The notes below the pieces were generated by a model that was given only the letters and a program-made list of their open reading frames with translations, ran no database searches and was not told the origin of the DNA. A DNA stretch of 64,000 nt from Deltaproteobacteria bacterium ADurb.Bin151 (GTDB taxonomy: Bacteria > Desulfobacterota > Syntrophia > Syntrophales > Smithellaceae). Below are positions 37,524 through 48,320 of the stretch, piece after piece. The stretch spans positions 4-64,003 of the forward strand of contig MWDG01000010.1 in the NCBI GenBank assembly GCA_002070455.1. Reading direction: 5' to 3'. Both the position numbers and the translations under genes were made by a program. Numbering within the stretch: position 1 is the stretch's first letter; each line of letters starts with the position of its first letter.

Positions 37524-37916
37524 TTATACCCTGCGCCGCTTCGGCGGTCTGCAACCGTTATGCGGAACAGGCGTTACGTCGCGTATCATTGTGATGGTCA
37601 ATCCGGCAAGCTGCAATGAACGCAGGGCCGATTCCCGTCCGGCACCCGGGCCTTTGATGAAAACCTGGACCCGACGCATGCCCTGTTCTTTTGCTTTACG
37701 TACGGCGTCTTCTGCTGCCATCTGCGCGGCAAATGGCGTGCTCTTTCTTGACCCCTTAAATCCCTGCAATCCCGCCGATGACCACGAAATGACGTTACCT
37801 GTCATGTCCGTTATGGTAATGATGGTATTATTGAAAGTGGATTGAATATGGGCAACACCTTCTGTAATGTTTTTCTTTTCTTTTTTCTTGCCTGTTCTTC
37901 TGACTGTTTTCGCCAT
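37524..37916 (-). CDS. rpsK: 30S ribosomal protein S11
   Basis: 130 aa with [18 protein letters not shown] and [13 protein letters not shown]. Confidence 0.95.
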   Translation of the reverse strand: MAKTVRRTGKKKEKKNITEGVAHIQSTFNNTIITITDMTGNVISWSSAGLQGFKGSRKSTPFAAQMAAEDAVRKAKEQGMRRVQVFIKGPGAGRESALRSLQLAGLTITMIRDVTPVPHNGCRPPKRRRV

Positions 37917-37944
37917 TTTTCCTCCGGTCGAAAATTAATCCCAA

Positions 37945-38313
37945 CTACTTTTTCTTTCCTGCAATTGCCCGTCTCGGGCCTTTTCTTGTCCTTCCATTGG
38001 TGTGGGTCCGTTGTCCTCTGACCGGTAGCCCTTTACGGTGGCGTAATCCACGGTAAGCGCCGATATCCATCAATCGCTTGATCGACATGGACACTTCCCT
38101 TCGCAGATCGCCCTCCACCTTGCCTTCCTTATCGATGATCCCTCTGATCGCCGATATTTCGGAGTCGGCCAGTTCGTCAGTTTTTGTATCCGGGCTGACA
38201 CCCGACTCTTTCAGGATCTGCTTTGCCCTTGTCTTGCCGATACCATAAATGTAAGTCAGAGCAACTTCCATTCTCTTATTTTTTGGTAAATCAACACCTG
38301 AAATTCGTGCCAC
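37945..38313 (-). CDS. rpsM: 30S ribosomal protein S13
   Basis: 122 aa with [10 protein letters not shown] and [17 protein letters not shown]. Confidence 0.95.
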   Translation of the reverse strand: MARISGVDLPKNKRMEVALTYIYGIGKTRAKQILKESGVSPDTKTDELADSEISAIRGIIDKEGKVEGDLRREVSMSIKRLMDIGAYRGLRHRKGLPVRGQRTHTNGRTRKGPRRAIAGKKK

Positions 38314-38339
38314 CTAATAACCTCCTGAAATGTCTAAAA

Positions 38340-38453
38340 CTAACCCTGACGCTGCTTATGTTTCGGGTTTTCACAAATAACACGCAAAACACCCTTGCGT
38401 TTAACAATTTTGCACTTCTCGCATATTTTTTTCACTGATGATCTGACTTTCAC
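38340..38453 (-). CDS. rpmJ: 50S ribosomal protein L36 (not in ORF track)
   Basis: GTG start 7 nt after AAGGAG. Translates to (M)[36 protein letters not shown], 37 aa. Confidence 0.9.
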   Translation of the reverse strand: MKVRSSVKKICEKCKIVKRKGVLRVICENPKHKQRQG

Positions 38454-38486
38454 GATTCCAACTCCTTATTCCCGGTAAAACCCTTT

Positions 38487-38705
38487 TCACTTGGTTCTGT
38501 ATGTAATCCGGCCCCTGGTTAAATCATACGGGGAAAGTTCTACCGTTACTTTGTCCCCCGGTAATATCTTAATAAAATGCATCCGCATTTTGCCGGATAT
38601 GTGCGCCAATACTTTATGCCCGTTTTCCAGTTCTACCCGAAACATGGCATTTGGCAGGGGCTCGAGAACCCGACCTTCAACTTCTATTGCTTCCTCTTTG
38701 GCCAT
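38487..38705 (-). CDS. infA: Translation initiation factor IF-1
   Basis: 72 aa with the S1-like motif [24 protein letters not shown]. Confidence 0.95.
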   Translation of the reverse strand: MAKEEAIEVEGRVLEPLPNAMFRVELENGHKVLAHISGKMRMHFIKILPGDKVTVELSPYDLTRGRITYRTK

Positions 38706-38748
38706 ACATCAATCTACTTTATTCCCGGCGCGGAAATCAGGAAATCAA

Positions 38749-39504
38749 CTAATTCAATTTACTCAATATTTCCGGTCCATTATCCGTAATTGCCACCGAA
38801 TGCTCGAAATGTGCCGATAAACTCCCATCCGCTGTAACAACTGTCCATCCATCAGATAAAATCTTTACTCTATACTTCCCTGCATTGATCATCGGCTCAA
38901 TAGCCAGAATCATTCCTCTTTTCAGCTCGATTCCCCGGCCTTTTTTCCCGAAATTAGGAATCTGCGGGTCTTCGTGCAAACTTTTTCCAATACCGTGTCC
39001 GACAAAATCTCTGACAACCGAATAACCGGAGGATTCTGCTGTCTCCTGAACCGTGGCCGATATGTCACCCAAACGATTACCGGCGCAGGCCTGGTTAATT
39101 GCCATATATAAACTCTGTTCGGTCACCTGCATCAGCCTGGTAGCCTGATCGTCAACTCTTCCAACAGGAAGCGTTACCGCTGAATCTCCGTAAAGGCCCT
39201 GATAGTAAACTCCAAAATCAAGCCCGATAATATCGCCTTCCATCAAAACCCTGTTTGAAGGCATTCCGTGAACAACCTCTTCATTCACGGATGTGCACAG
39301 CGAAAATGGATAACCTCTATAACCTTTAAACGCCGGTTTTGCTCCTCTTTTCTCAGTAATGCTTTCCGCTATTTTGTCCAGTTCCATGGTCGTCAAACCC
39401 GGCTTGACTTTTTCGCGAAGGACACTCAATACTTCTGCGACAATCCGGTTGCTTGCCCTGGCTTTTTCTATTTCATCTGCATGCTTTAGAACGACCATGA
39501 GCAC
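38749..39504 (-). CDS. map: Type I methionine aminopeptidase
   Basis: 251 aa with metal-ligand context FVGHGIG, LAIEPMIN and HFEHSVAIT. Confidence 0.95.
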   Translation of the reverse strand: MLMVVLKHADEIEKARASNRIVAEVLSVLREKVKPGLTTMELDKIAESITEKRGAKPAFKGYRGYPFSLCTSVNEEVVHGMPSNRVLMEGDIIGLDFGVYYQGLYGDSAVTLPVGRVDDQATRLMQVTEQSLYMAINQACAGNRLGDISATVQETAESSGYSVVRDFVGHGIGKSLHEDPQIPNFGKKGRGIELKRGMILAIEPMINAGKYRVKILSDGWTVVTADGSLSAHFEHSVAITDNGPEILSKLN

Positions 39505-39525
39505 GATAACCTTGAAAAATATTTT

Positions 39526-40833
39526 TTACCGCCTGCGCGCAATGTGTCCTTTTTTCATAAAACCCTCATACTGACGGGTCAGTAAATGCGATTCAATCTG
39601 GCTTGCCGTATCCATGGCAACGCCAACAACAATCAATAGAGAGGTGCCGCCAAAATAAAACGGCGTGTTTAATTGAGAGATCAAAACACTCGGCAGAACA
39701 CAAATGATGGAAACGTAAATGGCTCCGCTGAATGTTAATCTTTCCAGAATATTTTCGATGTATTCTGCTGTCTTCTTCCCCGGCCTGATTCCCGGAACAT
39801 ATCCTCCGAATTTCTTCATGTTTTCCGCCATGTCATCCGGCTTGATGGTGACCGCCGTATAGAAAAAACAAAAGAAGAAAATCAATGCTACAAAGAGGAT
39901 TTCATATCCAACATTACCTGGCATTAAATACCCGGAAATCTTTTTCATCCAGCCTTCCGGTGCAAAATTGGCGATGGTCGCAGGAAACATGATGACGGAA
40001 GAAGCAAAAATGGGCGGGATAACTCCGGCAGAATTGATCTTCAGTGGTAAATGGGTTGTCTGCCCGCCATACATTTTGCGTCCCACAATTCTTTTTGCGT
40101 ATTGCACAGGAATCCTTCTTTGTGCCGCTTCCACATAAACAATCGCGCCGATAACCGCGATCATGAATATACCCAGAAGAATCAGAAGGATAAAATGCAG
40201 TTCCCCAGAAGAATAAAGACTCCAGGTGCTGCCTATGGCGCTTGGCAGGTTACACACAATCCCGGCAAAAATGATCAGGGATATTCCGTTTCCAATACCC
40301 TTTTCTGTAATAGTTTCACCAAGCCACATCAAAAACGAGGTGCCCGATGTAAGTGTAATAATCGTCATGAAGATAAAACCCCATCCGGCATTTAAAACAA
40401 TGGGGGCGCCGGTAGGGGAGGCCATGTGCTGCAAACCCCATGCAATTCCGAATCCCTGAATAATACTTAATCCGACCGTGCCGTAACGGGTATACTGCGT
40501 GATTTTCCTGCGGCCGTTTTCACCTTCCTTGGACAATTTTTCCAGGTGTGGTATAGCGACCGTCAATAAATTGATAATAATGGATGAGGTAATGTAGGGC
40601 ATAATGCCTAGTGCAAAAATGGAGAACGTGCTCAACGCACCACCGGCAAACAGATCCATCAATCCCAGCATGGAACCTTTGGCACCTTCAAAAAATGCCA
40701 GCAATGCCATGTTGTCAATTCCGGGAGTCGGTATGAAAACACCAACACGATAAACTGCAAGCAGAAGAAAAGTGAACAAAATTCTCCGTTGCAGTTCAGG
40801 TATTTTGGAAACGCCGCCTAGTCCTTCTAACAA
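39526..40833 (-). CDS. secY: Preprotein translocase subunit SecY
   Basis: 435 aa with 10 TM helices and typical SecY motifs (LGIMPYITSSII, and GGTSLLI in FYFGGTSLLIVVGVAMDT). Confidence 0.95.
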   Translation of the reverse strand: MLEGLGGVSKIPELQRRILFTFLLLAVYRVGVFIPTPGIDNMALLAFFEGAKGSMLGLMDLFAGGALSTFSIFALGIMPYITSSIIINLLTVAIPHLEKLSKEGENGRRKITQYTRYGTVGLSIIQGFGIAWGLQHMASPTGAPIVLNAGWGFIFMTIITLTSGTSFLMWLGETITEKGIGNGISLIIFAGIVCNLPSAIGSTWSLYSSGELHFILLILLGIFMIAVIGAIVYVEAAQRRIPVQYAKRIVGRKMYGGQTTHLPLKINSAGVIPPIFASSVIMFPATIANFAPEGWMKKISGYLMPGNVGYEILFVALIFFFCFFYTAVTIKPDDMAENMKKFGGYVPGIRPGKKTAEYIENILERLTFSGAIYVSIICVLPSVLISQLNTPFYFGGTSLLIVVGVAMDTASQIESHLLTRQYEGFMKKGHIARRR

Positions 40834-40834
40834 G

Positions 40835-41281
40835 TCAGATTACCTCTTCAATCATTCCACCCGCAGCGGAAATTTTTACTTTCGCTGCAGCACTGATCCT
40901 GGCCATTTTAACAGTTACCGGAAAATCAATATTTCCCTTGGCCAGAATCTTAATACCGTTACCTTTCTTCTTGACAAGCCCACTTGCCAGAATCGCCGCT
41001 TCATCAATAACTGCGCCTTTTTCAAATACACGGCATAAATCCATAAGATTCACGGCAACATAACTTTCTCTGAAGGGATTTCTAAACCCTCTTTTCGGCA
41101 GTCTGCGGGACATGGGCATTTGACCGCCTTCAAAACCATCCCGCGTATTGCCGCCAGAACGGGCTTTCTGTCCTTTATGACCTTTTCCGGATGTTCCTCC
41201 GTGTCCGGAAGCGTCACCACGGCCGACTCTTTTTCTTTTTTTCGTCGCTCCGGCAGGCGCTTTCAGAGAACTCAAATCCAT
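40835..41281 (-). CDS. rplO: 50S ribosomal protein L15
   Basis: 148 aa with [26 protein letters not shown]. Confidence 0.95.
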   Translation of the reverse strand: MDLSSLKAPAGATKKRKRVGRGDASGHGGTSGKGHKGQKARSGGNTRDGFEGGQMPMSRRLPKRGFRNPFRESYVAVNLMDLCRVFEKGAVIDEAAILASGLVKKKGNGIKILAKGNIDFPVTVKMARISAAAKVKISAAGGMIEEVI

Positions 41282-41284
41282 AAC

Positions 41285-41473
41285 TTACTCCTTTGACTCT
41301 TCCACAGAAACAAGGTGGATCACTTTATTAATCATGCCACGGATCTCCGGAGTATCCACCAGAGTCACTGTGCTGTTCAATTTATTCAATCCCAGACCGC
41401 GCATTATTTTTCTCTGCTTCTCGGGCCGGGTAATGACACTCTTGACCATTTTAACTTTTAACATTTTGCCCAC
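41285..41473 (-). CDS. rpmD: 50S ribosomal protein L30
   Basis: About 60 aa with GLGLNKLNSTV.L.DTPEIRGMINKV. GTG lies 8 nt after GAGGGTG; an ATG 9 nt downstream is also possible. Confidence 0.9.
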   Translation of the reverse strand: MGKMLKVKMVKSVITRPEKQRKIMRGLGLNKLNSTVTLVDTPEIRGMINKVIHLVSVEESKE

Positions 41474-41497
41474 TGTATAAACACCCTCGTCAATGAA

Positions 41498-41995
41498 TTA
41501 CTTGCCTCTCAAGGCAGCAATTTCCGCAGGATCTTTCAACTGACAAAGCCCGTCCACTGTAGCCTTGACCAGGTTATGCGGATTGTGCGATCCTAAACAT
41601 TTCGTCAAAATATTATGAACACCGGCAACCTCTAAAACGGCTCTCACCGCGCCGCCGGCTATCAGGCCTGTTCCTTCCGATGCCGGTTTCAATAATACTT
41701 TCCCCGCGCCGAACTTTCCTAAAACCTCATAAGGAATCGTTTTATTGGCCACGGCAACCTTGACCATATTCTTCTTGGCCATTTCCATCCCTTTTCGTAT
41801 CGCTTCGGGAACTTCATGTGCTTTGCCTAACCCCGCACCGATCATGCCCTGGCCGTCACCGACCACCACGATGGCGCTGAAACGAAACCGCCTTCCTCCC
41901 TTGACAACTTTTGCCGTACGATTAATGGCAATTACCCTGTCGAGGAGCTCCACTTCTTTCATTTCTTTTTTTTCCAACGATTCTTCCCTTACCAT
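41498..41995 (-). CDS. rpsE: 30S ribosomal protein S5
   Basis: 165 aa with [24 protein letters not shown]. Confidence 0.95.
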   Translation of the reverse strand: MVREESLEKKEMKEVELLDRVIAINRTAKVVKGGRRFRFSAIVVVGDGQGMIGAGLGKAHEVPEAIRKGMEMAKKNMVKVAVANKTIPYEVLGKFGAGKVLLKPASEGTGLIAGGAVRAVLEVAGVHNILTKCLGSHNPHNLVKATVDGLCQLKDPAEIAALRGK

Positions 41996-42018
41996 GAGTT
42001 CTTTACACTGCGTTAAAT

Positions 42019-42384
42019 TTAAAATTTCAGACCATTTTCCCGGGCGCCATCGGCCAGGGCTTTCACACGACCGTGATAGAGGAATCTCCCCCGGTCAAAA
42101 ACAACCTTTTCGACACCCAACGTCTGCAGGCGCGCTGCGATCAATTTGCCCACTTCCCTGGCCACATCGACTTTCTTGATTCCCTTGAGCTTACCGGCCA
42201 GTTCTTTGCTGAGCGTTGACGCCGCTGCAATGGTAGTACCCTTGGCATCGTTGACTACCTGAGCATAGATGTGTTTGTCGGAACGAAAAACGGAAAGGCG
42301 AGGCCTTTCTGAATTTCCCGTCAGTTTGCCCCTGACTCTTTTTTCTCTCTTTTCCCTGATTTTCAGCGTTTTCTTGGAAGCCAA
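42019..42384 (-). CDS. rplR: 50S ribosomal protein L18
   Basis: 121 aa with [17 protein letters not shown] and [17 protein letters not shown]. Confidence 0.95.
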   Translation of the reverse strand: MASKKTLKIREKREKRVRGKLTGNSERPRLSVFRSDKHIYAQVVNDAKGTTIAAASTLSKELAGKLKGIKKVDVAREVGKLIAARLQTLGVEKVVFDRGRFLYHGRVKALADGARENGLKF

Positions 42385-42424
42385 TGTTCCACCTCTTTAA
42401 AACTAATAATATTAAAATTTTTGC

Positions 42425-42964
42425 TTAAGCGCCTGCCGACTTGCCGGCTTTACGACGAATATACTCACCCGTATACTTGATGCCCTTGCCTTTATAAGGT
42501 TCCGGTTTTTTCAACGAACGGATTTCCGACGCTACGCGTCCAACAAGTTCTTTATTGATTCCGGAAACCACCAGATTAACCTGCTTGTCCACCTTCACGT
42601 CAATTCCCTTGGGGATGCTGTATTCGATCGGGGTTGAAAAACCCAAAACCAGCTTCAGGGTCGACCCCGCAACTTCCGCGCGATAACCGACTCCGGATAT
42701 TTCCAGACCTTTTTCGAAACCGGTGCTCACGCCGGTCACCATATTGTTGATCAAGGTTCTGGCCAATCCATGATACGAACGGACAAGACGTTCCTCTGAT
42801 TTACGTTCGATGGACAGATTATTATCGGATACCACCATCGTAATGCCGTCAGGCAATTTTGAAGACAATGTGCCCCTGGGACCTTCGACTTTAACAATAC
42901 CGTCACTTTGACTGATCTTTACATTCTTTGGTAAAGTGATCGGTTTTTTACCTATTCTCGACAT
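42425..42964 (-). CDS. rplF: 50S ribosomal protein L6
   Basis: MSRIGKKPI start with the ATG 9 nt after GGGAG. The track ORF begins at a TTG two codons upstream. Confidence 0.95.
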   Translation of the reverse strand: MSRIGKKPITLPKNVKISQSDGIVKVEGPRGTLSSKLPDGITMVVSDNNLSIERKSEERLVRSYHGLARTLINNMVTGVSTGFEKGLEISGVGYRAEVAGSTLKLVLGFSTPIEYSIPKGIDVKVDKQVNLVVSGINKELVGRVASEIRSLKKPEPYKGKGIKYTGEYIRRKAGKSAGA

Positions 42965-42997
42965 GAGCAAGAACTCCCGTTAAAAACTTTCATTGAA

Positions 42998-43399
42998 TTA
43001 CCAAACCTTACAAATAATCTCTCCGCCGACGTTTGATTCTCTGGCTTCCTGATCGGTGATGACACCACGGGAAGTTGAAAGAATCGAAATACCAAAACCG
43101 TTGAGAACTTTGGGAATGCTGTCCGCGGCGACGTATACTCTGCGGCCCGGTTTGCTGACTCTCTGGATACCCGTAATCACCTTACGCTTGGTGTCCGGAT
43201 ATCTCAGGGTAATCTTCAGCATTGGATACCCCTTGTCATCTTTTACAACGTCAAAGTTATTGATATATCCAGCCGCTTTCAAGACTTTGGCAATATTCAT
43301 ATTCATTTGCGACATGTATACATTGACACTTTTAAAACGGGCTTTGTTCCCGTTTCGAATCCTTGTCAGCATATCGGCAATAGGATCTGTCATCCCCAT
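42998..43399 (-). CDS. rpsH: 30S ribosomal protein S8
   Basis: MGMTDPIADMLTRIRNG, with the ATG 7 nt after AAGGAG. Confidence 0.95.
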   Translation of the reverse strand: MGMTDPIADMLTRIRNGNKARFKSVNVYMSQMNMNIAKVLKAAGYINNFDVVKDDKGYPMLKITLRYPDTKRKVITGIQRVSKPGRRVYVAADSIPKVLNGFGISILSTSRGVITDQEARESNVGGEIICKVW

Positions 43400-43421
43400 G
43401 CTTTTTCTCCTTAAGCTTAAA

Positions 43422-43607
43422 TTACCAACTTGACTTTATCACGCCGGGAAGCTCGCCCTGCAGGGAAAGTTTCCTCAAACAGATTCTGCACATTTCAAAT
43501 TTTCTATAATACGCCCGGGGCCGCCCGCATATCTGACAGCGGTTGTATTCCCTGACCGCAAATTTGGGTTTTCTGCCTGCTTTTGCTATCAATGACTTTT
43601 TCGCCAC
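43422..43607 (-). CDS. rpsZ: 30S ribosomal protein S14, type Z (zinc form)
   Basis: 61 aa with [20 protein letters not shown] (CxxC...CxxC). Confidence 0.95.
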   Translation of the reverse strand: MAKKSLIAKAGRKPKFAVREYNRCQICGRPRAYYRKFEMCRICLRKLSLQGELPGVIKSSW

Positions 43608-43633
43608 TCGTTATTCCTCCGGAGCTTCCTCGT

Positions 43634-44173
43634 TTAATTCTTGAAAGGTACACCCATTAACTTCAGCAACACACGGGCTTCCTCGTCCGTTTTTGCCGAT
43701 GTTACAATCGTAATATTCATACCCTTGATTTTTTCTATTTTATCGTATTCAATTTCAGGAAATATAATCTGTTCGTGTAAACCGAGAGAATAATTTCCCC
43801 TGCCGTCAAAAGCGTTTTGAGAAATTCCCCGAAAGTCTCTCACTTTCGGTAATGCGACGTTTACCAAACGATCAAAAAACTCGTACATGGTTTCTTTTCT
43901 CAATGTCACTGAGCAACCAATCGGCATACCCTGGCGGAGTTTAAACGTTGCAATGGATTTTTTCGCTTTGGTAACAACCGGTTTCTGGCCCGTAATCATC
44001 GCCATTTCCTGAACAGCACCATCAATAATTTTTACGTTTGATATAGCCTCGCCCAGTCCCATGTTAACAACAATCTTCTCCATCCTGGGCACCTGCATGG
44101 GATTTTTGTAGTCAAATTCCTTGACCAGAGCCGGCACCACTGTTTTTAAATAATATTCTTTTAATCTTGCCAT
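43634..44173 (-). CDS. rplE: 50S ribosomal protein L5
   Basis: 179 aa with MARLKEYY and [20 protein letters not shown]. Confidence 0.95.
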   Translation of the reverse strand: MARLKEYYLKTVVPALVKEFDYKNPMQVPRMEKIVVNMGLGEAISNVKIIDGAVQEMAMITGQKPVVTKAKKSIATFKLRQGMPIGCSVTLRKETMYEFFDRLVNVALPKVRDFRGISQNAFDGRGNYSLGLHEQIIFPEIEYDKIEKIKGMNITIVTSAKTDEEARVLLKLMGVPFKN

Positions 44174-44179
44174 TTTCCC

Positions 44180-44503
44180 TTAACCCACATCGATAACGTC
44201 ATTGCACTTGCTGCAGATACGAATCTTTTTGCCGTCCTCAAGGATACGATTTCTAATCCTGGTAGCCTCTTTGCATTTGCCGCAAATAATGCTGACCTTG
44301 GAAATATCCATCGCCGCCTCTTTTTCCACGACACCGCCCTTGCTTTTCTGATCAGGTCTTTTATGCTTCTTGATCACGTTGATCTTTTCCACGACCACTT
44401 TGTTTTTTTCGGGTATGGTTTTCAGTATCTTGCCGGTCTTCCCCTTATCTTTACCGGAAAGCACTTTCACCATGTCTCCTTTTTTCAATCTGCCTAAACT
44501 CAT
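44180..44503 (-). CDS. rplX: 50S ribosomal protein L24 (with C-terminal CxxC...CxxC)
   Basis: 107 aa with KOW motif KKGDMVKVLSGKDKGKTGKI. The C-terminal part contains C74xxC77 and C97xxC100. Confidence 0.95.
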   Translation of the reverse strand: MSLGRLKKGDMVKVLSGKDKGKTGKILKTIPEKNKVVVEKINVIKKHKRPDQKSKGGVVEKEAAMDISKVSIICGKCKEATRIRNRILEDGKKIRICSKCNDVIDVG

Positions 44504-44524
44504 TTTTCCCCTCTTTAAAACAGT

Positions 44525-44893
44525 TTACAAAACTTCCGGAGCCAGAGAAATAATCTTCATAAACTGCTTCGCTCTAAGTTCACGTGCAACAGGCCCAAAT
44601 ATTCTGGTACCGATCGGTTCCATCTGATTGTTGATCAGAACAGCGGAGTTGTCGTCAAATTTTAGATAAGATCCATCCGGCCGTCTCACCTCTTTTACCG
44701 TGCGGACAATAACCGCCTTCATGACATCGCCTTTTTTCACCTTGGAATTCGGAATTGCCTCTTTCACCGCAACCACAATGACATCGCCCAGGCTGGCGAA
44801 ACGACGCTTCGAACCGCCCAAAACCTTAATACAGGCGACTCTCTTGGCGCCGGAATTATCGGCAACATTTAGAACTGTCTGCATCTGAATCAT
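44525..44893 (-). CDS. rplN: 50S ribosomal protein L14
   Basis: 122 aa starting [17 protein letters not shown]. Confidence 0.95.
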   Translation of the reverse strand: MIQMQTVLNVADNSGAKRVACIKVLGGSKRRFASLGDVIVVAVKEAIPNSKVKKGDVMKAVIVRTVKEVRRPDGSYLKFDDNSAVLINNQMEPIGTRIFGPVARELRAKQFMKIISLAPEVL

Positions 44894-44939
44894 AAATAAA
44901 CTCCACTATCACAAGCTGTCTGCCCAACCAGACAGGTTT

Positions 44940-45197
44940 CTATTTCGCCTTTTCCAGAACTTCCAGCATCCGCCAGCGTTTGTCCTTGCTCATCGGCCTG
45001 GCTTCAATGATTAACACCGTGTCCCCCGTCTTGCATTGATTCTGTTCATCATGGGCTTTATATTTCACATGCCTGCGGACGTATTTGTGAAACACAGGGT
45101 GCTTGACCAATCTTTCGGCTTTCACCACGATGGTTTTATCCATCTTGTCACTGACGACCACACCTTTCACCGTGCGCTTGTTGCTTTTTTCAGCCAT
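44940..45197 (-). CDS. rpsQ: 30S ribosomal protein S17
   Basis: 85 aa with [13 protein letters not shown] and KYKAHDE.N.C..GD.V.I.E.RP.SK.K.W. Confidence 0.95.
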   Translation of the reverse strand: MAEKSNKRTVKGVVVSDKMDKTIVVKAERLVKHPVFHKYVRRHVKYKAHDEQNQCKTGDTVLIIEARPMSKDKRWRMLEVLEKAK

Positions 45198-45202
45198 ATC
45201 TA

Positions 45203-45397
45203 TTAACCTGCGGCCTCCTTTTCCTTCAGCACCGTTGCAATGCGGGCAATATCCTTGCGAATACGACCCAGCGTCGCGGTTGATTCCAGTTGCCCCGATG
45301 CATGACGAATCTTCAACCGAAAAAGTTCTTCCGCCAATTCCCTGTTTTTTGTTTGAAGCTCGTTAATGCCGAGACCTCTGATTTCTTTAATTTTCAT
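45203..45397 (-). CDS. rpmC: 50S ribosomal protein L29
   Basis: Starts at MKIKEIRGL...; 64 aa. The track ORF's upstream extension overlaps the rplP 3' end and is not needed. Confidence 0.9.
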   Translation of the reverse strand: MKIKEIRGLGINELQTKNRELAEELFRLKIRHASGQLESTATLGRIRKDIARIATVLKEKEAAG

Positions 45398-45809
45398 CAG
45401 ATATCTCCCTCGATAAAAACTTTGTTGAAATGGCCAGTTTGTGGGAAGCAAGACGAAATGCTTCTTTGGCTACTTCCCTGGTTACTCCTTCCATTTCATA
45501 GAGAACCGATCCGGGCTTCACAACGGCCACCCATCCTTCCGGAGCGCCTTTCCCTTTGCCCATACGGGTTTCAGCCGGTTTCTTTGTGATCGACTTGTGC
45601 GGAAATACGCGAATCCAGATTTTACCACCACGTTTTACATAACGAGTCATCGCAACACGAGCCGCTTCAATCTGTCTTGCAGAAACCCATCCGCATTCAG
45701 CCGCCTGCAATCCATAGTCGCCAAAAGCGATGGTTCCGCCCCTGGTCGCCTTTCCTCCCATGCGGCCTTTTTGCAATTTTCTATATTTTACCCGTTTTGG
45801 CATTAACAT
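45387..45809 (-). CDS. rplP: 50S ribosomal protein L16
   Basis: 140 aa with [17 protein letters not shown]. Confidence 0.95.
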   Translation of the reverse strand: MLMPKRVKYRKLQKGRMGGKATRGGTIAFGDYGLQAAECGWVSARQIEAARVAMTRYVKRGGKIWIRVFPHKSITKKPAETRMGKGKGAPEGWVAVVKPGSVLYEMEGVTREVAKEAFRLASHKLAISTKFLSREISDEN

Positions 45810-45868
45810 AATTTACAACTCCCGTTTTCCTTCACAATAATCTTTCGTGATCCCGCCTTTTATCAGAG

Positions 45869-46516
45869 TCATCCCTGTTTTTCATTTTTTGCAGGCAAAA
45901 CTTCTCCGTGAAAAATGAGGACCTTAACACCGATCAAACCATACGCTGTGTGGGCTTCAATAAAACCGTAATCGATATCAGCCCGAAGCGTATGCAGAGG
46001 AACTCTTCCCTCACGGTACCATTCGGAGCGGGACATTTCAGCACCGCCGAGCCGGCCGGAACAGGTAATCTTGATGCCTTTGGCTCCAAATTTCAGGGCA
46101 TAACCTACACATTTTTTCATGGCACGCCGGAACGCAACACGTCTTTCCAATTGCATGGCAACATTTTCAGCCACAAGCTGGGCATCCGTTTCCGGTTTGC
46201 GAACTTCGAGTATATTGACAATAATTTCAGCCTGCGAAAACTTCTCGATTTCCGCTTTAAGCTTCTCTATCTCTGATCCTTTTTTCCCAATAATAACGCC
46301 CGGCCTGGCGGCATAAATATTAACCTTGGCCTTGTTGGCTGCACGCTCAATTTCAATATGAGAAATACCGGCATGATAAAGCTTTTTCTTCAGGTATTTT
46401 CTGATCTTCAAGTCTTCGAGCAGCATACCGCTATAGTTCTTTTCGGCAAACCATACGGACTGCCACTTTTTAATATAGCCTAATCGTAATCCTACCGGGT
46501 TAACCTTCTGACCCAA
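45869..46516 (-). CDS. rpsC: 30S ribosomal protein S3
   Basis: 215 aa with [13 protein letters not shown], a KH domain and [31 protein letters not shown]. Confidence 0.95.
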   Translation of the reverse strand: MGQKVNPVGLRLGYIKKWQSVWFAEKNYSGMLLEDLKIRKYLKKKLYHAGISHIEIERAANKAKVNIYAARPGVIIGKKGSEIEKLKAEIEKFSQAEIIVNILEVRKPETDAQLVAENVAMQLERRVAFRRAMKKCVGYALKFGAKGIKITCSGRLGGAEMSRSEWYREGRVPLHTLRADIDYGFIEAHTAYGLIGVKVLIFHGEVLPAKNEKQG

Positions 46517-46528
46517 TATCGTTCCTCC

Positions 46529-46861
46529 TTATCGTTCATCCACTACAACGGTAATATGTGATGTTCTCTTCTTAATGCCAGCCGCTCTTCCCTGCGCCCT
46601 GGCCCGCCACCTTTTTAAAGATGGTCCCTGATCAACAAATATTTCCTTAATGTAAAGAGTATTTTCATCAATATTAGGATTCTGGGCCGCATTGGCTACA
46701 GCGGATTTCAGGACCTTGGCAATAATACCCGCTGAATACTTTCTGGTATAGAGCAGGATATTCCGTGCTTCCTGCACCTTCTTTCCCCGAACCAGATCAA
46801 CGACCAGCCTGACTTTCTGGGGCGACATCCTAATATATTTTGCAACTGCTTTTGCTTCCAT
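46529..46861 (-). CDS. rplV: 50S ribosomal protein L22
   Basis: 110 aa with [18 protein letters not shown]. Confidence 0.95.
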   Translation of the reverse strand: MEAKAVAKYIRMSPQKVRLVVDLVRGKKVQEARNILLYTRKYSAGIIAKVLKSAVANAAQNPNIDENTLYIKEIFVDQGPSLKRWRARAQGRAAGIKKRTSHITVVVDER

Positions 46862-46901
46862 ATCTCATCAACTCCAAACCTGACCGTTGGCGCATCAATT
46901 A

Positions 46902-47183
46902 TTACTTTTTAACCTTTGTTTTCCGGTCTCCGGAATGGGAATAAAAAGTTCTAGTCGGCGCGAATTCGCCCATCTTATGACCCACCATATTCTCTGTCAC
47001 ATAAACGGGAATGAATTTCTTCCCGTTATGCACGGCAAACGTGTACCCGATTAACTCGGGTGTTATGGTTGAACGCCGCGACCAAGTCTTAATGACATTC
47101 TTGCTGTTTTCGGCTTCCATTTTTCTAACCTTGGCCAGCAGGCTTTCTTCAATATAAGGACCTTTTTTGATCGAACGTGCCAC
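46902..47183 (-). CDS. rpsS: 30S ribosomal protein S19
   Basis: 93 aa with [10 protein letters not shown] and [17 protein letters not shown]. Confidence 0.95.
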   Translation of the reverse strand: MARSIKKGPYIEESLLAKVRKMEAENSKNVIKTWSRRSTITPELIGYTFAVHNGKKFIPVYVTENMVGHKMGEFAPTRTFYSHSGDRKTKVKK

Positions 47184-47189
47184 GTTTTA

Positions 47190-48011
47190 TTAACCTCTTC
47201 TCTTTACAATATATTTATCGGTTCTCTTATTCTTTCTCGTTTTATGCCCTTTGGTCGGAATCCCCCAGGGAGTACAGGGGTGACGACCACCCGACGATTT
47301 ACCTTCACCGCCTCCCATTGGATGGTCCACCGGATTCATGACAACACCTCGAACGCGGGGACGCTTGCCCAGCCAGCGGGTCCGGCCCGCTTTACCGATG
47401 CTGACGTTTTCGTGTTCGTTGTTGCCAACCTGGCCGATAGTTGCCATGCATTCAATGAAAACTTTACGCACTTCACCGGACGGAAGCCTGACCTGGGCAT
47501 AGGCACCTTCTTTTGCCATCAGCTGGCCATACGCACCTGCCGATCGGATCAGCTGCCCCCCCCTGCCTACTTTTAACTCCACATTATGGATCAAGGAACC
47601 CAGAGGTATGTATTTTAAAGGAATTGCGTTGCCTGGTTTGATATCCGCTTTGTCGCCGCTTACCAGAACATCACCAACATGAATCTGCGCCGGTGCCACA
47701 ATATATCTTTTTTCACCGTCACGATAATTCAGCAAAGCGATTCTGGCTGACCGGTTCGGATCGTATTCAATGGAAGCGACTTTAGCCGGGATCTCCGTCT
47801 TATTACGCCGAAAATCAATGATACGATATTTACGCTTGTGACCACCGCCAATGTGACGCGCCGTGATTCGGCCATAACTGTTGCGGCCGCCCGTTTTCTT
47901 GACCGGCTTTAAAAGGCTTCTTACCGGCTCGGTTGACGTAATCTCTGCAAAATCAGAAACACTCTGAAATCTCCTGCCGGGTGACGTCGGTTTGTACTTG
48001 ATAATAGCCAT
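47190..48011 (-). CDS. rplB: 50S ribosomal protein L2
   Basis: 273 aa with GGGHKR.YR.IDF.R and [12 protein letters not shown]. Confidence 0.95.
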   Translation of the reverse strand: MAIIKYKPTSPGRRFQSVSDFAEITSTEPVRSLLKPVKKTGGRNSYGRITARHIGGGHKRKYRIIDFRRNKTEIPAKVASIEYDPNRSARIALLNYRDGEKRYIVAPAQIHVGDVLVSGDKADIKPGNAIPLKYIPLGSLIHNVELKVGRGGQLIRSAGAYGQLMAKEGAYAQVRLPSGEVRKVFIECMATIGQVGNNEHENVSIGKAGRTRWLGKRPRVRGVVMNPVDHPMGGGEGKSSGGRHPCTPWGIPTKGHKTRKNKRTDKYIVKRRG

Positions 48012-48032
48012 TTGCTTAATCCTTCACTCGTT

Positions 48033-48320
48033 CTATACGCCTTCGGCGACTTCAATACGGCTGCCTTTTGCCAATGTCACAACCGCTTTTTTCCAGGAAT
48101 TCTTCTGCCCCATGATCCTGCCCATTCGTTTTCTTTTCCCCAAAACATTAATGACGCGGACCTCGGTAACTTTTACTTTGAATAACTTTTCCACCGCGTT
48201 GACGATTTCAACTTTATTGGCTCTTCGATCAACTTCAAAGTGGTATTTATTCGCTTCTTCACGGTCAATGTTACTTTTTTCCGTGATTAATATTCTTTTG
48301 ATAATCTGATGAAGTTCCAT
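48033..48320 (-). CDS. rplW: 50S ribosomal protein L23
   Basis: 95 aa with ITEKS and KAVVTLAKG. Lies between rplD and rplB. Confidence 0.95.
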   Translation of the reverse strand: MELHQIIKRILITEKSNIDREEANKYHFEVDRRANKVEIVNAVEKLFKVKVTEVRVINVLGKRKRMGRIMGQKNSWKKAVVTLAKGSRIEVAEGV

